From: an uncultured Methanosarcinales archaeon
Lineage (GTDB): Archaea; Nanobdellota; Nanobdellia; Woesearchaeales; CAYVYK01
Direction of reading: 5' to 3'
DNA length: 64,000 nt
NCBI GenBank assembly: GCA_964455675.1
Contig: CAYVYK010000003.1
Span: 1 to 64,000 of the forward strand
Below the pieces are notes generated by a model. It saw only the letters and a program-made list of their open reading frames with translations. It did not search any database and was not told where the DNA came from. A program made the translations under genes and the position numbers. Below, in pieces: positions 1-8,921 of this stretch (within the stretch, counting starts at the first letter, position 1; each line of letters begins with the position of its first letter).

Positions 1-75
1 TGTTCGCCGCTAAGCCTCCCGCGGCGTTGGTGCTGTTAGAGTATTTGTGCACCTTGTGTGTTTGAAAGAAAAGAA

Positions 76-201
76 CGCCGCGGGAGAGATTTGAACTCTC
101 GTGTCCCGAAGGACAGTGGATCATTGAAGGCCATTGTAGGTTTCTAACAGACAATCTGCCTGTAGCAATCCACCGCAATGGCCGGGCTATGCGACCGCGG
201 C
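76..201 (-). tRNA. tRNA-Ser(GCT) with 41-nt intron at 37/38 (122..162)
   Basis: Reverse complement folds: acceptor GCCGCGG/CCGCGGC, anticodon stem GTGGA/TCCAC, loop TT-GCT-A|A, long variable arm TGTCC-TTCG-GGACA, T-loop TTCAAAT. Relaxed BHB (bulges TAC/TGA, outer helix AGGC/GCCT). Confidence 0.93.
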
Positions 202-346
202 ACACGACGAAGGATTTTAAAGAGGTTTATAAAATATGCGGAAGGATTGGAATGATATTTCTGTCGCACATCATTACATCGTGGCAGGGTACATCTTTTT
301 CAATACGATTCCCTTTAGGTTCTGCCACTGACAAAACGGTGACACT

Positions 347-607
347 ATGGCTTATGCACTCATTCCGGAAGCTAGGTCCCAAGGGATTGCGGGATACCCT
401 AAGAATTCGAGATCAAGATACTCTGCAGCATCTCCAACATATGCGGACAGAATGCAGACCGGACTCTCCTCATATGGATCCGCGATGCCATATCAGCGAC
501 ACACATCATACCTGCATGATAAACCACATTGGGATTATGCATCTTCTGGCGCGACGTCTCACTATATGCACAACACCAGCGGCTGCTGTTCGTCATACCA
601 CCGCTAA
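347..607 (+). CDS. Putative small Ser/Tyr-rich protein (86 aa)
   Basis: ATG preceded by SD-like GGTGA; fills the gap between two tRNAs; no recognisable family. Confidence 0.45.
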   Translation: MAYALIPEARSQGIAGYPKNSRSRYSAASPTYADRMQTGLSSYGSAMPYQRHTSYLHDKPHWDYASSGATSHYMHNTSGCCSSYHR

Positions 608-687
608 TCATCAGTACGAGAGTACTCAGACACTATTCATTGTTTACCTAAACGTTTATAAAGCACTCACTACTGACTTTACCCAAT

Positions 688-762
688 AGCGGGGTAGGGC
701 AGCCAGGAGTGCCCGGAGGGCTCATAACCCTCAGGTCAGTGGTTCAAATCCACTCCCCGCTA
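688..762 (+). tRNA. Initiator tRNA-Met(CAT)
   Basis: Cloverleaf with A1:U72 and three G-C pairs (GGG/CCC) in the anticodon stem; upstream TTTATAAA; downstream T-run. Confidence 0.95.
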
Positions 763-937
763 CTTTTCTTCATAGGCGATACATTTTCTGTTGAATAGTA
801 TCCCTTCACTCATTACGTGCCAACTACACTCACCCTGTCGCAATGGATCAGGTGTTGCTGAACATGTCACACTCCTTCTGGACATCTCCAATACGTTGTG
901 CTTACCTTAATATATCTCTAGAAAAATATCATGATTC

Positions 938-1543
938 ATGGACTTCCAATCTCTCGTACAAGAACGATACGCAACGAAGAAGTTTGATGGCCGGACTATT
1001 CCTGATAGTATCCTTGAGCAACTTTTTGAGATGATTCGGCTTGCACCAACAGCATATAATTTACAGGCTTACAACGTGATCGTTGTTAGCACACAGGACA
1101 TGAAGCAAGCGCTTGCGCCGACCGCAGGGAATCAAGCACAGATCACGACATGCTCGCACCTTCTTGTTCTCTGCGCGGATACTGACGTCGCATCTTGTGC
1201 TGATCGTATGCCAGCACTACTTGCTCTGCAAGGCCGAACTCCTGAACAAACCGAGTACTCACTTTCAGCACTGCACAACTTTCTCTCAAAACTGACATCG
1301 GAACAGAAATTATGCTGGACTCAACGGCAAGTCTATATCGTACTTGCATATGCTACTCTTGGAGCAAAAGCGCTCGGTCTTGACTCTTGCCCCATCGAAG
1401 CGTTTGAACCTGAACGTTTGGCACGCGTCCTTGGGCTACCCGCACACCTCGTTCCAACAGTGCTTTGTGCTGTAGGGTACGCTGCTGATGTTCCCCGAAA
1501 GAAAGCTCGCTTTCCAAAAGAACAACTCTTTCAGACTCTCTAA
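938..1543 (+). CDS. Nitroreductase family (NAD(P)H:FMN oxidoreductase)
   Basis: RYATKKFD, RLAPTAYNLQ, GLDSCPIEAF, KKARF motifs. Confidence 0.9.
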   Translation: MDFQSLVQERYATKKFDGRTIPDSILEQLFEMIRLAPTAYNLQAYNVIVVSTQDMKQALAPTAGNQAQITTCSHLLVLCADTDVASCADRMPALLALQGRTPEQTEYSLSALHNFLSKLTSEQKLCWTQRQVYIVLAYATLGAKALGLDSCPIEAFEPERLARVLGLPAHLVPTVLCAVGYAADVPRKKARFPKEQLFQTL

Positions 1544-1610
1544 GGATACTGTCTGTTCTTACGTTTCTATCCCAAACCTTTATATAGTAGCGTTATTTGT
1601 ATACTGGGGT

Positions 1611-2303
1611 ATGGAATTGGATCCTTATAAACTTAAAAATGTTCAAGAAGAACTTGAAATAAAACGGACACGAGTCAACAAAGGGTGGGTCCACAAAGGC
1701 GAAAAGTATTGCTGCCCAATCACTGGAAAAAATTTCGATCTCACACATGATAACCTTAAGAAATCACTTGATCTCTGCAGCACGGAGCTCAAGAAACATC
1801 ATGAAGCACACAAAGTCAAACGACGTTTGATCATTACCGCAAACATTCTCACCATCTTTCTCGTGGTTGGAATCCTTGGATGGATGGGCTGGCATTATAC
1901 TGCAGTTAGCGCAATCACAGGATTTGCTATCTCCGAAGCACTCAGTGATACAGGGCCGTTACCCATTGAAAGCAGTACTGACAATGTCCGCGAACGAATT
2001 GCAGTCTCCGCCCAGGAGAAAGATATAAGAACGGACAACCATCCCCCTGCATTTGGAAAGCTTGACAGCCTCAGCGTCGAAGGGAAGATGGTACTTGACC
2101 TTCGAGATTATGTCAAAGATGAAGACAATGATGAACTCACATTCATTTCCACACAACCCGAAGGTGTTTCTGTGGAATGGAAGGATAGCATTGTTACCAT
2201 CTCCCCAGTAAAGGAGGGCAAGGGAACTATTATCTTCTTTGCCTCCGACAGTCAAGATATGACCAGACGCGAGGTACCCATCAGCTTCAAGCCCAGGGGA
2301 TAG
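1611..2303 (+). CDS. Single-pass membrane protein with C-terminal Ig/cadherin-like domain
   Basis: Start moved to ATG 1611 (TATA upstream); TM followed by ITGFAI; NHPP...DLRDYVKDEDNDELTF. Confidence 0.7.
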   Translation: MELDPYKLKNVQEELEIKRTRVNKGWVHKGEKYCCPITGKNFDLTHDNLKKSLDLCSTELKKHHEAHKVKRRLIITANILTIFLVVGILGWMGWHYTAVSAITGFAISEALSDTGPLPIESSTDNVRERIAVSAQEKDIRTDNHPPAFGKLDSLSVEGKMVLDLRDYVKDEDNDELTFISTQPEGVSVEWKDSIVTISPVKEGKGTIIFFASDSQDMTRREVPISFKPRG

Positions 2304-2306
2304 GCA

Positions 2307-3689
2307 TTGAAATTTTTCAACACATACTCCCGAAAAAAAGAGGAGTTCACACCACACCGCAAGGGACACGTATCACTTTACACCTGTGGCCCTACGGTCT
2401 ACAATTATGCGCACATCGGCAATTTCCGCGCATATCTCTTTGAAGATCTGCTCCGCAGGTATCTGTCGTTTCGCGGATACCATGTCAAGCATGTCATGAA
2501 CCTCACCGACGTCGATGATAAGACGATCAAAGGATCACGCGCGGACAACGTATCACTCTCCCAATTCACGGAAAAGTACAAACAAGCATTCTTTCATGAC
2601 CTCTCAACGCTCAACATCGAACGTGCAGAGATATATCCAGCCGCGACTGACAACATCCCGGAAATGATTTCCCTTGTGCAATCGCTCCTTGATAGGGGAT
2701 ACGCGTACAAAGCTGAGGACGGATCTATCTATTTTCGGATCGAGAAATATGTGGAGTACGGAAAGCTGGCGCACATCAATGTGGATGACCTCAAATCCGG
2801 AGCACGCGTGAAGCATGATGAATATGAAAAACAGCACCTTGCCGACTTTGCGCTTTGGAAAGCATGGGATGAGAATGACGGAGACGTATATTGGGAGAGC
2901 CCTTTTGGGCGGGGGAGGCCCGGATGGCACATCGAATGCAGCGCAATGAGCGTGAAATACCTTGGACTCCCCATCGATATCCATACTGGCGGCGTTGACA
3001 ACATCTTCCCGCACCATGAGAACGAAATCGCGCAGACTACCTGCGGACTTGGCAAATCTTTCGTGAACTACTGGATGCACTGCGAACACTTACTCGTGAA
3101 TGGACGAAAGATGTCAAAGTCCCTCGGCAATTTCTACACGCTCCGGGACGTGCTTGAAAAGGGCTACGAGGGCAAAGCGATACGATACCTCCTCATCAGC
3201 GCGCACTACCGCCAGCAGCTCAACTTCACATTCGAAGCACTCGATGCCGCACGAAGCAGCGTCGAGAGGCTCAGTGACTTCATGAGCCGCATGAAAGAGT
3301 CAAGCGGGAAGGGAAAACCAAGCCGAAAAATTGAACAATTCACTGAGAAAACTCAGAAACTTTTTATCGAATACATGGATGATGATCTGAATATCTCTCC
3401 AGCCCTTGGAGTAATCTTTGATTTTATGCGTGACGCGAATAAAATGGAACTCACACCCGCAGATGCGGCACATATCGCTTCATTCATGGAATCACTTGAC
3501 ACTGTTATCGGTGTTCTCTCTCACCATGAAGAAGAAGTACCTATCGAGATCATGGACCTTGTGAAGAAGCGCGAGGACGCACGAAAGAACAAAGATTTCG
3601 CACAATCAGATCAGTTGCGAGACCATATCCTGCAGAAAGGATACATCGTGGAAGATGTTGCCCGCGGATCTCGAGTACGAAAGGCGTGA
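2307..3689 (+). CDS. cysS: Cysteinyl-tRNA synthetase (class I)
   Basis: CGPTVY, HIGN, GRPGWHIECSAM, KMSKS; TTG start. Confidence 0.98.
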   Translation: MKFFNTYSRKKEEFTPHRKGHVSLYTCGPTVYNYAHIGNFRAYLFEDLLRRYLSFRGYHVKHVMNLTDVDDKTIKGSRADNVSLSQFTEKYKQAFFHDLSTLNIERAEIYPAATDNIPEMISLVQSLLDRGYAYKAEDGSIYFRIEKYVEYGKLAHINVDDLKSGARVKHDEYEKQHLADFALWKAWDENDGDVYWESPFGRGRPGWHIECSAMSVKYLGLPIDIHTGGVDNIFPHHENEIAQTTCGLGKSFVNYWMHCEHLLVNGRKMSKSLGNFYTLRDVLEKGYEGKAIRYLLISAHYRQQLNFTFEALDAARSSVERLSDFMSRMKESSGKGKPSRKIEQFTEKTQKLFIEYMDDDLNISPALGVIFDFMRDANKMELTPADAAHIASFMESLDTVIGVLSHHEEEVPIEIMDLVKKREDARKNKDFAQSDQLRDHILQKGYIVEDVARGSRVRKA

Positions 3690-3759
3690 TTATTCTCAAC
3701 AACAAATTAACTTCCATAAATGCTTAGCCCACCGACTAGTTCTTCTCGAAACAGCGAAA

Positions 3760-4005
3760 TCAGGTCCTGTACCTAGGTTCAAGACCATACATCAAGTAAT
3801 TTGGAGTCGTATTTAACAATCTGACAACTTTGTCGAGATTCACTAATCTGATGTGTTTATCGCCAACACCATTCACCATCTGGGAGATTCGAGCCTGTGT
3901 CATCCCAACTGCTTCAGCAACACTATGTTGGGTTAATCCTTGCTCGGCCATTAATTCTTCCAACCTTCTTCCTATACTCTTTGGATCATAATCTGGAAGG
4001 TCCAT
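3760..4005 (-). CDS. XRE/Cro-family HTH protein
   Basis: GLTQHSVAEAVGMTQARISQMVNG helix-turn-helix. Confidence 0.85.
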   Translation of the reverse strand: MDLPDYDPKSIGRRLEELMAEQGLTQHSVAEAVGMTQARISQMVNGVGDKHIRLVNLDKVVRLLNTTPNYLMYGLEPRYRT

Positions 4006-4203
4006 ACGCTTATGATGAATCTCACTTCTTATAAAAAATGTGTTCTCCCTTTTCCAATCATGTATACTGTCGGATCGTACCCTCTATGTTCTGATACACT
4101 ATCATTATCCTAGAAAGCACAACTTTCGTACTTTCCTGCGGCACGATGTGAAAAACTATATAAACTACCAACAGCGCCCATATAGCAGGTGTTTATCGGG
4201 CCG

Positions 4204-4506
4204 ATGTTGATTGCATATATTGTGTGCGGGAGCAGGCGAGAAGCTGACCGGATAGGGATATACCTTCTGCGACAAAAGCTTGTTGCGTGTACAAACAGAT
4301 TCCCTGTAGAGAGCAGATACCTCTGGAAGGGGAACATGAAGACGACGCGGGAATATGTGCTCCTTGCAAAGACCGCAGTCAAGCATCAGAAGACCATCAT
4401 CAGAGAAGTGACGCGAATGCATAGCTATGAAATCCCATGCATTGCGTTTGTCCGCGCAAAGGCAAACACCTCATACGAAACTTGGGTTGGCAGTAACCTG
4501 CAGTAA
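4204..4506 (+). CDS. cutA: Divalent cation tolerance protein CutA
   Basis: LVACTN, SRYLWKG, HSYEIPCI motifs. Confidence 0.9.
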   Translation: MLIAYIVCGSRREADRIGIYLLRQKLVACTNRFPVESRYLWKGNMKTTREYVLLAKTAVKHQKTIIREVTRMHSYEIPCIAFVRAKANTSYETWVGSNLQ

Positions 4507-4790
4507 TGACCGTGAAACTCATGATGGACCATTGGATTGACATTGAACGATTCAGGCATACGTGCTACTGCGGACGAGAACTCAGAGGAGAACGCTGGGA
4601 CTCATTCTGGATGGGGGAGCGGCACTACAAACGGCACAGTTGTACGTGCGGGAAGGAAATCATCATGCTTGTCAACTTTTTCGGCTCAGGACATGACAGC
4701 TGGGACGGTACCCACAGTTGGCTAGAGAAAACACTCAAACCGGTCGAACGGAAAGAAAAAATCAAGCACCTTGATGATCATAGCCAATAA
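4506..4790 (+). CDS. Small putative Zn-binding protein
   Basis: Two CxCG motifs; start overlaps cutA stop (TAATG). Confidence 0.65.
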   Translation: MTVKLMMDHWIDIERFRHTCYCGRELRGERWDSFWMGERHYKRHSCTCGKEIIMLVNFFGSGHDSWDGTHSWLEKTLKPVERKEKIKHLDDHSQ

Positions 4791-5445
4791 GTGTGCCCTT
4801 GAACAACTTTCCGTTAACAAAATTCTGCACTTCGCCCAGATTACTTCCTGATATGTGCGCAACCTGCAGCCCCTTCGCAGCTCTCGCCGCTACAGGATCA
4901 AAGGGAACATTCATTCCAGGAGTGCGAGAAGATCCAGTAATCGCAAGGAGCTCATCCCATGTAAGACACCCCTTTGGCTTTGCATTAGCATGCTTTCGAG
5001 GATCCTTGTCAAATATGAATTCTGTATTTGATAAATTAATCATTCGGATGGCTTTCACGCTCCTAGCGGCACGAACTGCAACATAATCCGTGCTCCATCC
5101 TGGCTTCCAGCCGCCACCAATAACAATCTTCCTCGTCCTTGGAATATCTGTCGGATCGAGAATAACCTTGGGATACGCATGAGAACCTATACTACGCAAG
5201 AGCAATTCGGCATTCAAGCGAGTCGCGGCAATGCCAAGCCAATCAAGATCATCTGGATCAGTGATCTTCGCTTCCTTTGCGGCGGCGATGTACCTTCGGG
5301 CAGTCGCGCCGCCGCCTGTGATCACCACGATTCCAAACTTCTGCGACAGAGTCGTGAGAGTATCTGCGCACTTTCTCATGAATCCTGTGTCAATTCCATC
5401 TGGAACGAGCAGCGAACCTCCGACGGAAAAAACCAAGTATTCCAT
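4762..5445 (-). CDS. pyrH: Uridylate kinase (archaeal type)
   Basis: SVGGS, GGGATARRYI, PGWSTDYVA, DKDP, PFDPVAA. Confidence 0.95.
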   Translation of the reverse strand: MEYLVFSVGGSLLVPDGIDTGFMRKCADTLTTLSQKFGIVVITGGGATARRYIAAAKEAKITDPDDLDWLGIAATRLNAELLLRSIGSHAYPKVILDPTDIPRTRKIVIGGGWKPGWSTDYVAVRAARSVKAIRMINLSNTEFIFDKDPRKHANAKPKGCLTWDELLAITGSSRTPGMNVPFDPVAARAAKGLQVAHISGSNLGEVQNFVNGKLFKGTLIGYDHQGA

Positions 5446-5448
5446 TTA

Positions 5449-5793
5449 CTATCCTCCGAGACTTATGAGTGTTGTACCTGCGACAATCGCTACGACACCA
5501 AGCCATTTCCACGCATTAATATTCTCCTTCAGAATAACGAGCGAGAAAATAACCACCCATATCTGTGTTGTCGACGTCAGCGGGTAGAGGATGCTCAGGT
5601 CACCCATTTTCAGCGCTGGAATAAACATAATCGTTGCGAGGCCATAGAGGAAAAGACCACCAACCAGACGGTAATTCTTGATGACCTGCAAAGGATGCAA
5701 TGAACCGGTTGAACCAAGCTTTAACAGAACAGCACCAATTCCACCAATTACACACGCGACCAGCACGATAAAGATAGCCAGGAAGGGAATCAT
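5449..5793 (-). CDS. 4-TM DMT/SMR (EamA-like) membrane protein
   Basis: Four hydrophobic helices, GDLSILYP...KE...KWLG; start at ATG 5793 overlapping upstream stop. Confidence 0.85.
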   Translation of the reverse strand: MIPFLAIFIVLVACVIGGIGAVLLKLGSTGSLHPLQVIKNYRLVGGLFLYGLATIMFIPALKMGDLSILYPLTSTTQIWVVIFSLVILKENINAWKWLGVVAIVAGTTLISLGG

Positions 5794-6170
5794 GCGGCTG
5801 CCTCTTTCTTTTCGGCTGCATGACTTCCAATCCCAATAAAACACATACCGAGGATGATAATTCCAATACCAACCCATTTCAGCGTGGTGAGCGGCTCATG
5901 AAAGAAGTATGCGGACGCGAAGTTGACCCAAACATATCCAAGCGCGACGAGTGGATACAGCACTGACAACTCGCCATGTCGCAATGAGATGATGAGGACT
6001 CCAGCACCAATAGCATACATTCCTATGCCAATGAAAATCCAGTAATTCGTCAGGATACCCGAAAGAGTATACGTGAGTTTTGCCGCGCCAAATTTATAGA
6101 ATATCTGCGCTGTAGCAAGCAGCAACGTGCAACAGAGCACTGCAATAATCGCGCCAATCTTTGTTTTCAA
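5790..6170 (-). CDS. 4-TM DMT/SMR (EamA-like) membrane protein
   Basis: GELSVLYP...FFHE...KWVGI; paralog of neighbour. Confidence 0.85.
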   Translation of the reverse strand: MKTKIGAIIAVLCCTLLLATAQIFYKFGAAKLTYTLSGILTNYWIFIGIGMYAIGAGVLIISLRHGELSVLYPLVALGYVWVNFASAYFFHEPLTTLKWVGIGIIILGMCFIGIGSHAAEKKEAAA

Positions 6171-6183
6171 ACTCCACCTCTTT

Positions 6184-7938
6184 TTACTCGCGCGTTAGTA
6201 TCTGAATCATCGCAGCAAACGCGGGGCGCGAGATCAGAATACCAACCGTAAATCCAGCAATTGTTGTCACCGCAAGACCCTTGAGGAGCCCAGCACCAGC
6301 AACAAGGAGAGGGAACATCGCCGAGACAGTCGTGAAATATGCGATCATGATTATAAGGAACGCTCCTTTCAGACGCCTAACCCAGTCACCTGTCGAACCA
6401 GAAGACTGCCCTGTAAGCGTCTCATCAGTGATGACGATCTGATGGTCAACACCAGTTCCAATCGCAATAATAATTCCTGCGATCGCTGCAAGATCTAGGT
6501 TTTGCCTTGTCAAGGAAGCGAAACCAAGAATTAGGACTATCTCGGAAAAACACGTGATTAGAATTGGAATCGCGATCTTCAACGATCTATACCTCACGAG
6601 GATCCACGCAACAACGATACTGAGCGAAATTACGGCAAGCAGTAGCGCGTTTTTCACAAATTCTTCGCCAAGCACTGGGGAAATTGTATCGGTCTTCACT
6701 ATATTCAGTTTCACGGGAAGGGAACCTGTGAGCATAATCGTCTGCAAACGCTTCATATTCTTGAGTGATTGTTCCCTTGCCTCAAGCTCGTTAGACCCAA
6801 CACCAGAACCAGAAATTTGGATGTCAGTCACCGCTTTTCCCTTCAGATCGGCAGCAATACTTAACGTATCTACCACCTGGTCATCCAAGATGAGCTCAAG
6901 AGGCTGGTCAAGATACTGATCGCCCTTTGGAACAGGCTGACCTGTTGAAGGATCGAGCATGATCACACCAAGTTTTTGCGTAGCCGCAGCCTGACGGTCT
7001 GCCGCATCCTTACTCAGCGTAATTGTGAAGAAAAATCTGCAGGCAACTCCCTCGGTAACAGCACCACAACCGCCGCCACGCACGTCAATACCTGAGCAAT
7101 CCGCGCTCCTGCATACATACGTCACGTCACGCTGGCCGCCGATGAATACTGTGTCATTTGCAACCTTCGCCTCAAACTTACCTTGTTTTGCCAGCAAGTC
7201 TTTGACCTCTTCTTCAGTCGCGCCGGCAATCTCGACGATGATATACTGCTGGCCAGTCAAGTCACCAGCCTTCACGACACGAACGTCACTTAGACCATAC
7301 ACATTCAGGCGCTCGGACATACTCTCCAGAATATATTCCATATCATCAGGAGATACTTCCTGTTCAGGCTGCAGGAGTACGCGCGTTCCACCCTGCAGGT
7401 CAAGGCCCTTGTGCAAGTTCGTCCTTGCCGCACGCTCAACTCGGAGTCCGATGTCCTGCACGCCAAGAATCCTACGCTCAATCTTTGGTACAACCCTTTC
7501 TCGCGTTACATTTTTCATCCCAGGAACTTCAGTGCCATTCAGGATCTCCGTGACTTCAACCGTCTCATTCACAAGAATAATCTCAGTCTCATTCAACTCA
7601 ACGATCTCGATGATGGGCTTAGGGACAATCGCATATGAACCCTTGTTTGTGAGCAAGGTGTAAGACTGGCCCGCCTGCAAAGATGTCAACGCGCGGTTAT
7701 AATCCTCAAAACTCTTGATCTCTATGTTGTTGAAGGAAAGGATTCGTTCACGGGCAGTTGGCTGCGCTGCTTGCTTTGGAGACTCTACACCTGCGATCGC
7801 AGCAGAACTGTTTCTTACAACTGTCTTGATCGCAAGACCCTCCGAGAACAACGAAGGATGTATAGAGACGACTGCCAGTACAAGGCAGAATAGAAGCAGG
7901 AGGACGCGCCAGTTTGTGAACAACTGCTTGAACTTCAT
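6184..7938 (-). CDS. secD: Protein translocase subunit SecD
   Basis: GLDLQGGTRV, GSLPVKL, GTGVD; start at ATG 7938 overlapping secF stop. Confidence 0.93.
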   Translation of the reverse strand: MKFKQLFTNWRVLLLLFCLVLAVVSIHPSLFSEGLAIKTVVRNSSAAIAGVESPKQAAQPTARERILSFNNIEIKSFEDYNRALTSLQAGQSYTLLTNKGSYAIVPKPIIEIVELNETEIILVNETVEVTEILNGTEVPGMKNVTRERVVPKIERRILGVQDIGLRVERAARTNLHKGLDLQGGTRVLLQPEQEVSPDDMEYILESMSERLNVYGLSDVRVVKAGDLTGQQYIIVEIAGATEEEVKDLLAKQGKFEAKVANDTVFIGGQRDVTYVCRSADCSGIDVRGGGCGAVTEGVACRFFFTITLSKDAADRQAAATQKLGVIMLDPSTGQPVPKGDQYLDQPLELILDDQVVDTLSIAADLKGKAVTDIQISGSGVGSNELEAREQSLKNMKRLQTIMLTGSLPVKLNIVKTDTISPVLGEEFVKNALLLAVISLSIVVAWILVRYRSLKIAIPILITCFSEIVLILGFASLTRQNLDLAAIAGIIIAIGTGVDHQIVITDETLTGQSSGSTGDWVRRLKGAFLIIMIAYFTTVSAMFPLLVAGAGLLKGLAVTTIAGFTVGILISRPAFAAMIQILTRE

Positions 7939-8846
7939 TGCGCACCCTCCTTCCTTTTCAGATACCATCTCAGAATTGCCACATTCTGGAACCAGGTGAA
8001 GAGCAGATCTACAAACAATCCGATCCAAACGACAAGCATGATCTGCTTTATCGTATCAGAATTTGTCAAGAAAAATCCCGCGGCCGCAACAGTCACGGTA
8101 ATAATTGTCATGTACACTCCAGTCTTACCTGCACGGAGGATCCTTTCAGATACACTACCCACCTTTTGCTTGAGGACTTTTGTCGTGAGTAAAATGTCCG
8201 TGTCAACCGAGTAACCAATCATCATGAGAAGTGCTGCAATACCTGCAGTAGAGAATTTCACATTAAAAATGTTCAGGATAGCGATCGTCACGACCATATC
8301 AGAAAATGCGCAGAGGATCACGGCAACGCTAGGCACAAACGAGCGGAATGCAATGAAGACAACAATCGCCATTAAAATGAATGAAACCACAAGAATAAGC
8401 ATGGTCTCGCGAAAGAACGACGCTCCAAGCGACTGACCCATCCCCTCAACAGAGTACTCGCCACTAGTAAGGGCAAGACCTGTCTCTTTGCGGATAAGAT
8501 CGAGCGCTTTTTCAGTGTCAGCAACGGACGAGATATCAATCTCTAACTCCACAATAAAACCAGACGTATCCCCTGTTGTAGTCTTCAAAGAACGAACCGC
8601 AGCTTCCTCAAAATTCTGAGCCAGGACTTTTTCAAGCGCGATTATATCCACGACCTCATGAGTTGGAACGGTAATAGACATCCCGCCCCTGAGACTTATC
8701 CCCTTATGGATAAACTCTCCCTGCGTCGCCGTCTGCCACCCAATCTGCACGAGAGAAAGGACAAGGATAACTGTCGTAATACCAATCAGCAATCGATACT
8801 TCTTCTCGTACAAGTCAAGGAGTTTGTCAGACCATGGAATACGCAT
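7935..8846 (-). CDS. secF: Protein translocase subunit SecF
   Basis: GISLRGG, AALLMMIGYSVDTDILLT. Confidence 0.93.
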   Translation of the reverse strand: MRIPWSDKLLDLYEKKYRLLIGITTVILVLSLVQIGWQTATQGEFIHKGISLRGGMSITVPTHEVVDIIALEKVLAQNFEEAAVRSLKTTTGDTSGFIVELEIDISSVADTEKALDLIRKETGLALTSGEYSVEGMGQSLGASFFRETMLILVVSFILMAIVVFIAFRSFVPSVAVILCAFSDMVVTIAILNIFNVKFSTAGIAALLMMIGYSVDTDILLTTKVLKQKVGSVSERILRAGKTGVYMTIITVTVAAAGFFLTNSDTIKQIMLVVWIGLFVDLLFTWFQNVAILRWYLKRKEGAQ

Positions 8847-8921
8847 TAGTTAACCCCATCATCACTGGTTTCTGAAGTCTTAATAAAGGTTATGGTTTTC
8901 ACTCCGACATGTAGAATTCTT

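Noticed and set aside
122..162. tRNA-Ser intron as a guide RNA
   Set aside because: 41 nt with no C/D box arrangement; simple hairpin.
189..689. 166-aa ORF
   Set aside because: Overlaps both tRNAs and their promoters; the nested SD-led ORF is more plausible.
347..1543. Peptide + nitroreductase as an azole-RiPP cluster
   Set aside because: No YcaO; a tRNA separates the genes; the enzyme looks like an ordinary nitroreductase.
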